Shown in pieces: positions 25,535-38,555 of a stretch of DNA of 64,000 nucleotides. The notes under the pieces were generated by a model that was not told the origin of the DNA, did not search any database, and saw only the letters and a list, made by a program, of their open reading frames with translations. The translations under genes were made by a program, and so were the position numbers. This DNA comes from Dendrobates tinctorius (Eukaryota), in NCBI RefSeq assembly GCF_039654945.1, contig NW_027361797.1, forward strand, positions 4,464,001-4,528,000. The letters run 5' to 3'. Each line of letters begins with the position of its first letter. The stretch's first letter is position 1.

Positions 25535-26415
25535 GATCTGTAAGAATGGAACAAGTCCTCCACTTATCCTTCCACAGTGACACACAGATAGCTTCACTGT
25601 GGCCGTGATAACAGCCGTTACACGGTACTGAGAGGAGCGTGCACGTACACGGCTGTCCGGTGTACGTAAAATTGTCAAGCTCCGTGTTTTTTAAGTATAC
25701 GGACTGACACACGCTGTCTCTCTATAGTTTTGAATGTGATCAAACAGCAAATATATTTAACTGTTTGAAAGCTAGACAAAACTAGAAGGTGCAGGTCTGT
25801 AAGAACGGAACATGTCCTCGACTTATTCTCACAGAGTGACACACAGATAGCTTCACTGTGGCCGTGATAACAGCCGTTACACGGTACTGAGAGGAGCGTG
25901 CACGTACACGGCTGTCCGGTGTACGTAAAATTGTCAAGCTCCGTGTTTTTTAAGTATACGGACTGACACACGCTGTCTCTCTATAGTTTTGAATGTGATC
26001 AAATAGCAAATATATTTAACTGTTTGAAAGCTAGACAAAACTAGAAGGTGCAGGTCTGTTAGAACGGAACATGTCCTCGACTTATTCTCACAGAGTGACA
26101 CACAGATAGCTTCACTGTGGCCGTGATAACAGCCGTTACACGGTACTGAGAGGAGCGTGCACGTACACGGCTGTCCGGTGTACGTAAAATTGTCAAGCTC
26201 CGTGTTTTTTAAGTATATGGACTGACACACGCTGTCTCTCTATAGTTTTGAATGTGATCAAACAGCAAATATATTAAACTGTTTGAAAGCTAGACAAAAC
26301 TAGAAGGTGCAGGTCTGTAAGAACGGTACATGTCCTCGACTTATTCTCACAGAGTGACACACAGATAGCTTCACTGTGGCTGTGATAACAGCCATTACAC
26401 GGTACTGTGTGAGGA
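25535..26415. repeat. 259-bp tandem repeat, ~3.4 copies
   Basis: Identical ORF-track translations at 259-bp spacing. Confidence 0.92.
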
Positions 26416-27052
26416 GTGTGCAGCGCTGTATGGTGTGGAAAAATGCACGCTCAGTTCCTCAGCAGGACAAAAAAAAAAATTGGGATTGCTTTTAAAAAAG
26501 CAGTTTGCAGAGCAGTGGGTAAACAGCAATGCAGCCGTCAGGAAGCCTTAGAAGGCAGCCTAACAACCAACACCGCTGATCCACTAAAATATAGCCTCCC
26601 CTTGCACTGCACACACAGTGACTGGTGTGTTGTACAGGGAAAATCGCTAGCAGCAGAAGCAGTTTTTTTTCTTCTTCCCTGCCTACAGCTCTCCCTACAG
26701 AATCATCAGCAGCAACCTCTCCCTATGCTAAGATCGGCAGAAGTAAGATGGCGGTCGGCGTGCACGCCCTTTTATACCCCCTGTGACGCCCACCAAAGCA
26801 AGCCAATCACTTGCATGTCCTTCTGAAAGATGGTGGCTACCCCTGCCTATGTCATCACGTTGCCCACAGTGTCTGTGGATCCTGATTGGCTGAAAAAGAG
26901 CGCAAAACAAACTTTTGAAACGCGACTTTGGCGCGTAAGTCGCCGACCTCGTGGCCGACCTCATCCTAGGGTCGGGTTTCGTTTCATGAAACCCAACTTT
27001 GCCAAAAGTCGGCGACTTTTTGAAATTTTTCGACCCGTTTCGCTCAACTCTA

Positions 27053-29977
27053 GTAATAAGCTGTGTTTTTTTTGTGGAGATGCCTCACATATTATTTCTG
27101 TCTGTCCTAAACGAGAGAAACGTTTTGCACACACGTTTTCTGTGGGTGGTGTTCAACCTAAGTTTCTTCTGCCAATTACTCTGATCTGCTCCCTGTCCAC
27201 ATTTTCCGCCAAGGCTTTTGTGGATTCGGGAGCAGCCCTGAACCTAATGGACTTGGATTTTGCTAAACGTTGTGGATTTCCGATGACACCTCTGCAGACG
27301 CCTATCCATTTGAGGGGGATTGATGCTACTCCTTTGGCTAAAAATAAACCTCAGTTTTGGACCCAGGTGGTAATGCGGGTTGCCCCAGACCATCAAGAAA
27401 ATTGCAGATTTTTGGTGTTGCATAATTTGCATGATACCATTGTTCTGGGGGTTTCCCTGGTTGCAAATTCATAATCCAGTTTTGGATTGGAAATCTGTGT
27501 CTGTGGTGAGTTGGGGTTGTCGGTGTGCCCTTAGTGAGGCTCCAGTTTTTTCCACCTCTCCTCAGTCGCATGATATTTCTATTTGGCGGACTTTTATGAT
27601 GTATTTAGTGAGAATGATTCTGCGTCTTTGCCTCCTCATAGGAGTTATGACTGTGCAATTGAGTTGAGCCCTGGGTGTAAATTTCCCAAGGGTCGGCTCT
27701 TCAATTTATCTGTACCCGAGCACGAGGCTATGCGATCCTATATTAAGGAGGCGTTGGAGAAGGGTCATATTAGACCATCCTCTTCACCCTTAGGTGCCGT
27801 TTTTTTTTCCGTGGCCAAAAAGGATGGTTCATTAAGGCCTTGTATTGATTATCGTGCCCTCAACAAAATTACTATTAAATATCAGTATCCGTTACCCCTG
27901 ATTTCGGATCTATTCTCCAAAGTTAAAAGTGCTTGCTGGTTTACCAAGCTTGACCTCAGGGGGCGTATAATCTTATCTGCATTAAGCATGGGGATGAATG
28001 GAAGATGGCGTTTAATACTCCGGAGGGACATTTTGAGTACCTGGTGATGCCTTTTGGGCTCACTAATGCCCCTTCTGTCTTCCAATGCTTCATGAACGAC
28101 ATTTTCTGAGACTTTGTGGATAAATTTTTGATTATCTATCTGGATGACATTTTGATTTTCTCCAAGGATTGGGATTCTCATGTGGAACATGTTCGGACTG
28201 TGTTCCGGATCTTGAGGGAGAATTCCCTGTATGTCAAAGGATCGAAATGCCTTTTTGGGGTTCAGAGGATTTCTTTTTTGGGATTTATTTTGTCTCCGTC
28301 AACTATTGAAATGGACCCGGCCAAGGTGCAGGCCATTTATGATTGGGTTCAGCCCACTTCTTTGAAGGCCCTCCAGAAGTTTTTGGGCTTTGCTAATTTT
28401 TATCGGAAATTTATAGCAAAATTTTCTAGTATTGACAAGCCATTGACTGATCTGACTAACAAGGGTGCTGATGTGTTGAATTGGTCTCCGGGGGTTGTTT
28501 CTTCCTTTTAGGAGCTGAAGCGAAGATTCACTTCTGCCCCGGTTTTGCGGCAACCTGATGTCTCACTCCCGTTCCAGGTAGAGGTGGACGCTTCTGAGAT
28601 TGGTGCAGGAGCTGTTTTGTCCCAAAATGATCCCGTAACATCTAAAATGAATCCCTGTGCTTTCTTTTCCCAAAAGTTCTCTCCATCTGAACGTAACTTT
28701 GATATGGGGAATCGGGAACTGTTAGCCATGAAATGGGCATTTGAGGAGTGGAGACTTTGGTTGGAGGGAGCTAAACATCAAGTCGTGGTCCTCACTGACC
28801 ACAAGAATTTGATTTACCTGGAGTCGGCCAAACGCTTGAACCCTAGACAGGCTAGGTGGGCCTTGTTTTTTACACGTTTTGATTTTGTGGTCTCTTTTCT
28901 TCCTGGCACTAAGAATGTCAAGGCTGACGCTCTTTCTAGGAGCTTCTTTGCTGATTCTCCTGTGGTGACCAAGCCTGCTACCATCTTAGGCGAAGGGGTA
29001 GTTCTTTCTGCCATCTCGCCCGATTTGAGACGTGCTCTGGAAGAGTTCCAGGAGGACAAACCTGAGCGTTGTCCCAGTGGAAAGTTGTATGTTCCTGACC
29101 AGTGGAAGAAGAGAGTGATGTCTGAAGTTCATTGCTCTGCATTGGCTGGTCATCCAGGTATTTTTGGTACTAGAGATCTGGTGAGTCGGTCTTTTTGGTG
29201 GCCCGCCTTGTCTCGTGATGTCAGGAATTTTGTGCAGTCCTGTGGGACTTGCTCCCGGTCTAAACCTTGTTCTCACTCTAGTGTGTTGTTGATGCCTTTG
29301 CCGGTCCCCAGGAGGCCATGGACCCATATTTCAATGAATTTCATCTCTGATATGCCTGTCTCTCAGAGAATGACTGTTATTTGGGTGATTTGTGATAGGT
29401 TCTCTAAGATGGTTCATCTTGTACCACTCCCTAAGTTGCCATCTTCCTCTGAGTTGGTGCCCCTGTTTTTGCAACAGGTGGTTCGCTTGCACGGGATTCC
29501 TGAGAACATTTTATCTGACAGAGGAGTTCAGTTTGTGTCTAGATTTTGGAGGACTTTCTGTTCCAAGCTGGGAATTCAGTTGTCCTTCTCCTCTGCTTTT
29601 CACCCTCAGACCAATGGGCAGACGTAGAGAACAAACCAGACCTTGGAGTCGTATTTGAGATGTTTTATTTTCGCTGATCAGGATGATTCGGTATCATTTT
29701 TGCCTTTGGCCGAATTTGCTTTAAATAATAGAGCTAGTTCTGCCACTTTGATGTCACCTTTCTTTTGTAACTTTGGGTTTCATCCTCGATTTTCTTCAGG
29801 GCAGGTGGAGCCTTCTGCCTGCCCAGGTGTTGACACTGTGGTGGAGAGAATGCACCAGATCTGGGACCAAGTGATGGATAAGCTATCTCTCTCCCAGGAA
29901 AAGGCCCAGCGGTTTTCCAACCGACATAGGACCATTGGTCCCCAGTTTAAGGTTGGTGATATGGTTTGGTTATCATC
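27053..29977 (+). pseudogene. Gypsy gag knuckle + pol (protease, RT, RNase H, integrase), frameshifted
   Basis: [57 protein letters not shown]. Confidence 0.93.
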
Positions 29978-32479
29978 TGCCTGCCAGGCTGCTCAGGTCA
30001 CCCCCACTGTCCAGACTTATAGAAACATACAGGCCATTAACACCCAGAAACTTATGAAGAACTTGCAGTCTTCATTGGCCCCTATCTCCTCCCTCTCATG
30101 TCCTGATTCTGCATTGAAGCATTACAATGAAACACTTCAAAGTGCCCTGGATGAATTTGCACCCCCTATAAATAGAACACCACAACGCAGACGGCGACAA
30201 CCCTGGCACACGGTGCAAACACGTTTCCTGCAGTGGTGCTCCAGGTGCACCGAACGTCTGTGGAGAAAATCCAATCTACATGAAGATTTCATCCATTTTA
30301 AGTTTATGCTTAGAACATACAACACTGCCCTTCACCTCTCCAAACAAGCCTATTTCAACACCCTCATCTCCTCACTGTCCAATAACCCGAAACGTCTCTT
30401 TGACACTTTTCATTCTCTACTCAATCCAAGAGTACAGGCCCCAACCACGGAGCTCCGAGCTGACGATCTGGCCAATTACTTCAAAGAAAAATTTGACCAG
30501 ATTCGACAGGAAATTATCTCCCAATCACCTCATACCATGCACTGTCCTCCCTCCCCCACTGCATCTAACTCACTCTCTGATTTTGAACCAGTCACAGAAG
30601 AAGAAATAAGCAGGCTCCTTGCATCTTCTCGCCCAACTACTTGCACCAGTGACCCATTTCCGTCACATCTCCTCCAGTCCCTTTCCCCTGCTGTCACCCC
30701 TCACCTAACTAAAATATTTAACCTCTCTCTCTCTTCTGGTATTTTTCCCTCCTCATTTAAGCATGCCATCATACATCCACTACTTAAAAAACCATCCCTC
30801 GACCAAAACTGTGCCGCTAACTATAGACCTGTCTCTAATCTTCCCTTCATCTCTAAACTCCTGGAACGCCTGTCCACTCCCGTCTTATCCGCTATCTCTC
30901 AGAAAACTCTGTTCTCGACCCTCTCCAATTCGGTTTCCGCTCTTTACACTCCACTGAAACTGCCCTCACTAAAGTCTCTAATGATCTGCTAACAGCTAAA
31001 TCAAATGGTCATTACTCCATGCTAATTCTCTTGGATCTCTCTGCAGCATTCGACACTGTGGATCATCAGCTCCTCCTCACTATGCTCCGTTCCATTGGCC
31101 TCAAGGACACCGTTCTCTCCTGGTTCTCCTCCTATCTCTCCGACCGCTCCTTTACGGTATCTTTGCCGGTTCCTCCTCCTCTCATCTTCCCCTTACTGTT
31201 AGGGTCCCCCAAGGATCGGTTCTAGGCCCCCTCCTCTTCTCCTTGTACACTGCCCCTATTGGTCAAACAATCAGTAGATTTGGTTTCCAGTACCATCTCT
31301 ATGCTGATGACACCCAATTATACGCTTCTTCTCCTGACATCACACCAGCCTTTCTAGAAAACACCGGCGATTGTCTAAACGCTGTGTCTAATATCATGTC
31401 CTCACTATATCTGAAACTGAACCTGTCAAAGACTGAACTCCAGGTGTTTCCTCCCTCTACTAATGTACCTATACCCGACATTGCCATTTCTGTGTGTGGT
31501 TCCATTATTACTCCCCAGCAACAGGCCCGCTGTCTTGGGGTCATACTTGATTTTGAGCTTTCCTTTGCCCCCCACATTCGACCACTGGCTCGCTCTTGTC
31601 ATCTGCACCTCAAAAACATTTCTAGAATTCGACCTTTTCTTACTTTTGACTCTGTAAAAACTCTTACTGTTTCTCTTATTCATTCTCGTCTCGACTATTG
31701 TAACTCTCTTCTAATCGGTCTCCCTCTTACCAAACTCTCCCCTCTCCAATCTGTCTTGAATGCTGCAGCCAGGATCATATTCCTCACCAATCGTTACACC
31801 GATGCCTCTACCTTGTGCCAGTCATTACACTGGCTACCCATCCACTCCAGAATTCAGTATAAACTTATTACCCTCACCCACAAAGCCCTCCATGGCTCAG
31901 CACCACCCTATATCTCCTCCCTTGTTTCAGTATACCACCCTCCGTTCTGCTGATGACCTGAGGTTAGTATCCTCAAGAGTCAGAACCTCCCACTCCCGTC
32001 TCCAAGACTTTACACGTGCTGCGCCAATTCTTTGGAATGCACTTCCCAGGTCAATACGATTAGTCCCCAATCCCCACAATTTTAAGCGTGTCCTGAAAAC
32101 GCATTTATTCAGACTGGCCTATCGCCTCAACACATTAACCTAATCTATCCCTGTGTGGCACAGCCAAAAGTTTTACCATAACCAGATTTCCCGCATCATG
32201 TTCCCACATGCTTTATGCATCCATTAGCCCTCTGTGTCTGTACTGTCACACACTTAACATTATGGCTGGTCCATACAATCAGGGCAACTGTTACCACCCA
32301 CCTCTCGTGTCTACCTCTTTCCTCATAGACTGTAAGCTTGCGAGCAGGGCCCTCTTTCCTCTTGGTATTTGTTATAATCTACTGTATGTGATTATTGTTA
32401 TGCTATAATGTCTATTGTCTGTACAAATCCCCTCTGAAATGTAAAGTGTTGCGGAATATGTCGGCGCTATAAAAATAAA

Positions 32480-32511
<32 letters not shown>
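29978..32511 (+). mobile_element. 5'-truncated L2-clade LINE (ORF2 RT remnant + 3' UTR)
   Basis: [39 protein letters not shown]. The 3' end is gcgctataaaaataaa(att)n, and the TSD ttatcatc is at 29970-77 and 32512-19. Confidence 0.92.
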
Positions 32512-32515
<4 letters not shown>

Positions 32516-32952
32516 CATCAAAACATATCGCTATGAAGGTGGCTTCTCCTAAGCTTAAGCCTAGATTTATTGGACCTTACAAGATTTTGGAGATTATTAA
32601 TCCGGTCTCTTCGTTTGGCTCTTCCTGTCACATTTAAAATCCATAATGTGTTTCATAAGTCCTTGTTGAAGAGGTTTGTTGAACCAGTTGTTCCTGGGGT
32701 GTCACCTCTGGACCCTGTATTGGTTGAAGGTAACATGGAATATGAGGTAGAGAAGATACCGGATTCCCGTCTGGCTAGAAGGAGACTCCAGTATTTGGTT
32801 AAGTGGAAGGGTTATAGTCAGGAGGATAATTCCTGGGTCTCTGCCTCTGATATTCATGCCAAAAGATTGGTGCGTGCCTTTCATCGGGCTCACCCTGATC
32901 GCCCTGGTGGCGTGGATGAGGGTTCGGTGACCCCTCCTCAAGGGGGAGGTAC
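32512..32952 (+). pseudogene. Integrase C-terminus (GPY motif) + chromodomain
   Basis: KLKPRFIGPY and EYEVEKIPDSR..RLQYLVKWKGYSQEDNSW. Confidence 0.9.
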
Positions 32953-33751
32953 TGTTGTGAGTTCATTTTCCCCTTCACCATTGAGGTCTGATGAACTCCC
33001 TCTTCTGGTGAAGGAAGGTAGTGAGGCTGATTACCAAGCACCTGAGCTGGATGATGATGACTGGGTGACTAGGATTGCTGACTGGATATAAGGCAGCCGA
33101 TGCCCTTCTGCCTTGCTGGTGATTTCCCAGAGGGATTCTAGGAGACCAGTCTGATTCCTGCTCCTCAAAAGCTAAGTTTTCTGCTCTGCTTTTTGCATTT
33201 GTGTCTTGGTTTTGTTTTGCCTTGTTTTTCTGGATTTCTGCCATTCCCTCCTGGGGTGTGCTGAATTCCTTTTTGCTCTGTCTTCAGAAAATACCTGAGT
33301 ACTGATATAGTCTTTTTGAAGCCTAGCGTCTTCAGGGCTTTTTTCCCTATCAGTCTGTTGGCTCTTGTTTTGATAGGGTTTTGGCGGATTGCAGACAGCA
33401 GCATTTCTATCCTGTCCTATTTAGTTAGCTTTTGCCCCATCATTTGCTCAGCCTATCTTTCTATCTGTGTGAGTGTTTTTTCATCTTGCTTCACCATCAT
33501 TATATGTTGGGGGCTCCCTATTGCTTTGGGGTCTGCTTTGGGGCAGTTTAGATTTCCCTTTCTGTCTTTAGGCTATTTAGTTCTCCGGCTGTGATCGAGG
33601 GGTCTAGGGCACCGTAGGAACCCCCCACGGCTACTGCTAGTTGTTGTTGATAGGTTCAGGGGTCTGCAATCCGATAGCTGCCAACTTCTCTGGTTTTCTG
33701 GACTTAGCTAGTATTTCTGTTTTTGCATCCTACGGTGACTCATTCATAACA
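32953..33751 (+). repeat. 3' LTR
   Basis: Direct repeat of 16193-16990. Confidence 0.95.
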
Positions 33752-35423
33752 GAACAGGTTTTTCCAGCAGTTTAAATATATAATTAAGTGTTAATGTACA
33801 AAGTCAAATTATTTTTTATACTATTTTGACAAGCCTATGAAGTAAAACATGAAAAACACACTTTCAGAATTGTTTTGCTCATCCTAAAAGAATAATAAAA
33901 AAACAGAATTCATTAGATGATAATTTTATAATTTCTTTCAGACCCCCAGAAAATATTTGACTGTCGTATCACTGTTTTTTTTTTGTCTCTTTGAAAATGA
34001 GCATTTATGATACAACTATTATATTTCAGTAGTTGCAAAAACAAAAGTGCCATTAATTTCTCCACAAAGTGCCCCTTAACGCTTTCCCTGCCAAGGACAT
34101 ATCTCATGCATCTTTGAAGAATGTCAGCAGAGTTGCCAACATTATATGAGATACATCCTGCCTACTGATGAAGATATGTTAGACTGAATATCAGCTGGAG
34201 CAGTGATCCAAAACTCACTTTGAATCATCAAAATTAGAATTACCACTGTAATTGCAACCATGCCCGACAAATCAACGGTTAAAGTGAAGGCTGCATGTGT
34301 CTGCAGCTATCACTCCTGACTCTCATTTTACCTGTAATATTTTGGGCTAGGTTGCAAACAAAATATTGATTTTGCTCTTATTTTGAGCACAATTAAGCGT
34401 TGTAGCTGTGATGCAGGCTGAGAAACAGTTGCTTCTGTTAAGATTTTATGGAGGAAGAAGAGGGAGGAGTTCTGCCTCTAGTTCCTTCCCTTTCCACAGA
34501 ATATTGTCAGTAACAACTGTCATCACTGGAGTCACGGAAAAATCTGTCTTCATTGAATACAGATTTTACTCAAGAATTTAGAATTTTGAAAATAAAAGAT
34601 CAGTCCTGGAGGAGAAAGAAGCAGACTTCTCTGACAAAAATGTATTACAAATTTGCTTTTTTTCGTATGTACTATCAATTTATGAAGTGAAAGTTGAAAT
34701 GATGATTACTCTTTAAGAGGTGTTGTGCATCCCATTTCCCTGTTTGGGTCACACTTTTAGCCACTATTGTCAATTATTACACATTTTTTTAAAAATCACG
34801 CAAAATTATATGAAGGTGCCTATGTGTACAATGCGCAGAGTGAGACATGTTGGCATGCGCCAGGTCTCTATTTTCATAAAATGTATTAAATAAGTACTGA
34901 GATTTAACATCAATTTATTATTTAGTAATTTAGGTTTGTTTGGAAGACATCAAAAGTGAGAAAATTATCTTGAGTACCAGATCTTGAGAAATCTTCGATA
35001 GCAAAACGAATAACAGCACTAAAGGCGCTACATGGAAATAGCTGTGATATAAATCAACATACAAGTATATTAGCTGCAACCACATGATGCCCCTTAGCCA
35101 ATCAGGCCAAGAGGCACTGTAAAGAGTATATGACTTACATTTTTGGAAATGCAACTTGTGGTACCATTTACCGGATAAATTTGTATAACTTAAAGTTTGT
35201 TGATGGAGTGTAAAATTTCAGAGAGGTTCAACTACCACAGATCTTTTCACAAATGGGTGAAAGCATTGTAATAGGCCCTTCTCAGCACAGTTGCAACTAT
35301 AAAGCCTGCACCAATATAGTTGCACTCCTAAGTAGAATAAATCACACCAACTAAACTACAAGTCCATAATCATCTTTTTATTAAAATAGTGTCACGTTTA
35401 CTTTTAAGTAATTCAAATCTAAT

Positions 35424-35560
35424 TACCGTATTTTTTGAATTATAAAACACACCTTTTTCCCCCTATATTTAGGAAGAAAATGGGGGTGCGTCTTATAAAC
35501 TGAAGGTAGCTTACCGAGGGGGGGCGCTGCCATGGAGCAGGGTCACAGGAGGCAAGGTCA
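35424..35560 (+). mobile_element. pogo/Mariner-type MITE end fragment
   Basis: taccgtattttttgaattataa...gtcttata. Same family as the right end at 55813. Confidence 0.45.
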
Positions 35561-35924
35561 TATTGTTTGCCTAAAATACAAAGGAAATGTGTCATCTTTA
35601 ACTTTAGGCCTTTTAGATATCATTTTATCCTCAACTTTCTTAACTGTTCACAGTAACAGTAACTTTGACAGGAGGCATCCAAACTTTTACATGCCACTGT
35701 AACGCTAACCATTTTTTTCCAGCCAATCCCACAAGCTACCCAAAAAAAAATTGGACAGCCCTCAGATCTTATTCTGTCAGACAGAAATGAGCAAACAGAA
35801 CACCTTACTATAGCACAAAAAAATTGGTAAAATAGTAATTTATTAAATTCCAGATTCTTAGGTATGATGAAATTGTGCTTCTCACTAAAAACCTGATGTG
35901 GGCACATATGCAGTCTCTTTCATT

Positions 35925-36258
35925 AGAAAAAAAATTTGGTTCCAGCTCCTTAAAATCAATCTTCTTTATTAGATCATGTTAAAATGAACATATGGTGACA
36001 TGCTCTCCTGAAAAGAGACAGAGGCTTTTTCCAAGCCTTGGAAAAAGATTGCTAAGCTTGAAACACGCTGCGTCTGTCCGTGTTTTGGCTGTTTTTTAAG
36101 GAGAGCACCATATGTTCATTTTAACATGATCTAATAAAGAAGATTGATTTTAAGGAGCTGGAACCAAATATTTTTTCTTATGGTCTTCATGTTTGTCTGC
36201 ATGGAGTTCTGAGCGCCTGCGGCGGTTACTGGTGAGCTGGGTTATACCCCTCTTTATT
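35925..36258 (+). mobile_element. Mini Penelope-like insertion (inverted repeat + tail)
   Basis: 14-bp TSD cagtctctttcatt at 35911-24 and 36259-72. A ~80-bp inverted repeat (35927-36010 / 36098-36177) surrounds a degenerate hammerhead-like centre, and a gtgag donor lies in the tail. Confidence 0.65.
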
Positions 36259-36499
36259 CAGTCTCTTTCATTGCCTATTTATCCTTCCACATATAGCATA
36301 TCATTTGAAGTCAGCCCTAAATCAGTGTTCCATTATCTGTACAACATGGTTCCCATCTATTTAAACCTATCAAAGCATCTTTTTTAAGACCAAACCTCTC
36401 ATTGAATACATTCATAGAACATCTTTGTCATTATTGATGCTACCCTACCACCTACCGCTATCTGGAATATCTAATTAGTATCCAGTAAATCTCCAGTAT

Positions 36500-37960
36500 T
36501 GGGTCATTAACCAGCAGCTGTTTCCATTTTTTTTTGTCACCAGATCAAGAACCTCCAAAAAGGATGGCTTCACCACCATCTTACCTAGAAGATTCTACTC
36601 AGTTTAGAATGGAACAAAAAGATTTTAGGTACTTCACTTAAATTTTCATGGTTTCTTTTCCTACAGTCTGCTATATTCATTAAAATATAACTTATTCGCA
36701 AGGTCTGAAGGCTAATGAAGATTTTCTTAAGATTCTAAAATGATACCAGTAGTGCAATAATACTTCATACTGCAGGGAATGTTTATTCTATGCAATAATA
36801 TTTTATCTTTTCATTTTTATATAGATATGCAGAGGAAAAAAAATGCATGTGGATTTATTTAAAATGAAAACCAAAATCCTGAATCAAAACAAATATTCGA
36901 ACTCTGTAGTTTTTACTATTATTATGTGTATGACTTGATTCTCTTGGAGGGGCAATACTCCCAAGGCTGATGGGTTTTTGAAGGACCTAAATATTAATAA
37001 TTTCAACCTATCATTCACACAATGTTTTGTCCTTAGAACTATTGATTTCCAAGTTGCTGTTTATCAGAATGGCACATTACAGACCTGTTTATGCTTCAAG
37101 ATTGCAGATGGTAATAGCTATCTTGACTCTTGTGCTACAAACTACCAACGGTAGACCAAAAGTATTCCTTTTGGACTATTAAAAGGAGCAAGGAAAAATT
37201 GTCCTGAGACTAAAAGTTTCAGAGAGCAGGCTAAAATTGTTGCAAAACAATTCAGGGAAAGAAATGATCCCACAAGTCTCATCTGGAACGCCTTTAAGAA
37301 AGCAAATTATCTTACCCAAGAGCAATGTTAAGACCCAATGAGAGTACACACAGTTTTATTACCACATTCAATACAGGACAAAAAACAATTAGGCACATCC
37401 TGAATTACCACTGCTGAATCCTTCTTAATGATCCCTTTTAAATTAACATCCTACCAAAGAATGATAAGATTGACTTACTTATGCAATATACTTGCAATAT
37501 ACTTGCCCCCGGTAGGTTGCAGAATGTCTATAAAAAACTAGTAAGATATTCCAATCCTTGAAAAGGGAATTTCTGTATGGTAACAGATGATGCTGTGTTG
37601 TAGCTATTTAACACACCAGCAATTAATATTTTCTGTTACACACAAGTCTTTACCATTCACCACTTTCTTTAACTGTAGCTCAAAATTTGCTGTCTATAAA
37701 TTCCAACGTTCCTGCAAAATTCAGTATGCACAGTATTTTAGATTGTATAACAACTAGTTTGCAAAATTAACACACTTTAATCTAATACCACTAATTTGAT
37801 TACTAAGCATATTGTTTATTACCTTTCTTCTTTGACGCAAAATAATAATTTCAGTGACAGGAGTGTCAAATCTACTGAGCAGATTTCCTCTCAAATAACA
37901 AATAGTTTCCTCAAGTTTACATGCTGAGCCTATTGGATCATCAATTGTTTTAAGGCTCCA
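36500..37960 (+). mobile_element. Highly degenerate Penelope-like RT/GIY-YIG remnant
   Basis: Fragments read SIPFGLLKGARKNC (cf. NIPKSQYMRIRRNC) and CSSKFAVYKFQRSCKIQY. Boundaries are approximate. Confidence 0.5.
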
Positions 37961-38237
37961 ATCATCCTATCACAAAATGCACCATGGAGCACCATTCTCT
38001 CTTTTCTTTCTTGTGGACTACTTTCAAAATTATTCTTCCGTCTTTCACAATATTTCTAAATGTCTATGAAAAAATACAATTCTGCAACATATAATAATTT
38101 TCGCAACATCTGCAGAGGAATATGCTATTAAATCAAGTATAACGTGATAGAAAAGTATCCACTGCCTTCCAGAATCCTTTTATCTATAAAGATCTTGAAG
38201 ATAATAGAGTGGGTGCATAAATGACAAGTTATTTTTG

Positions 38238-38555
38238 ATACAGGAAAGATGTATATCTTTGTACCGTGTTAGCCAGTAGATAGAAAAATATTCAGAATTG
38301 AGAGTCCTCAGTGGTTGATACCTTTTAATGGCTAACTGTTTCTCCCTCTCCCATATTGATAGTTCTGCTTCACGTCACTTGTCTTATCCATTGCATTTTT
38401 TCTGTGTTGTATTGTGCATAAATATGTGACTCTTCAGATTTTGTATTAGTCCAGCCTGAAGAAGAGACCTGAGTAGTCTCGAAAGCTTGCAATGTGTCAC
38501 CATCTTTTCAGTTAGCCATTAAAAGGTATCAACCACTGAGGACTCTCAATTCTGA
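38238..38555 (+). mobile_element. Mini Penelope-like insertion with hammerhead motif
   Basis: 12-bp TSD aagttatttttg at 38226-37 and 38556-67. A 48-bp perfect inverted repeat lies at 38291-38338 / 38509-38556. Confidence 0.75.
38452..38492 (+). ncRNA. Minimal hammerhead-like motif (variant)
   Basis: CTGAAGA-a-GAGAC/GTCTC-GAAA with the palindrome AAGCTT. The cleavage triplet position is non-canonical (TTG). Confidence 0.5.

Larger units (their letters stand above)
17822..27052 (-). mobile_element. hAT DNA transposon, 9.2 kb
   Basis: TIR tagagttgagcga / tcgctcaactcta. The 8-bp TSD gtaataag is at 17814-21 and 27053-60. Subterminal ccga/tcgg repeats are present. Confidence 0.95.
16193..33751 (+). 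mobile_element. Gypsy chromovirus (Tf1/sushi group) LTR retrotransposon with nested hAT and L2 insertions
   Basis: Paired LTRs, gag-PR-RT-RNaseH-IN-chromodomain order, PPT aagggggagg at 32940-49, and TSD GAACAG at 16187-92 and 33752-57. Confidence 0.95.

Noticed and set aside
26830-27474. 214-aa ORF as an independent gene
   Set aside because: It is read-through from the hAT end into the gag knuckle and protease.
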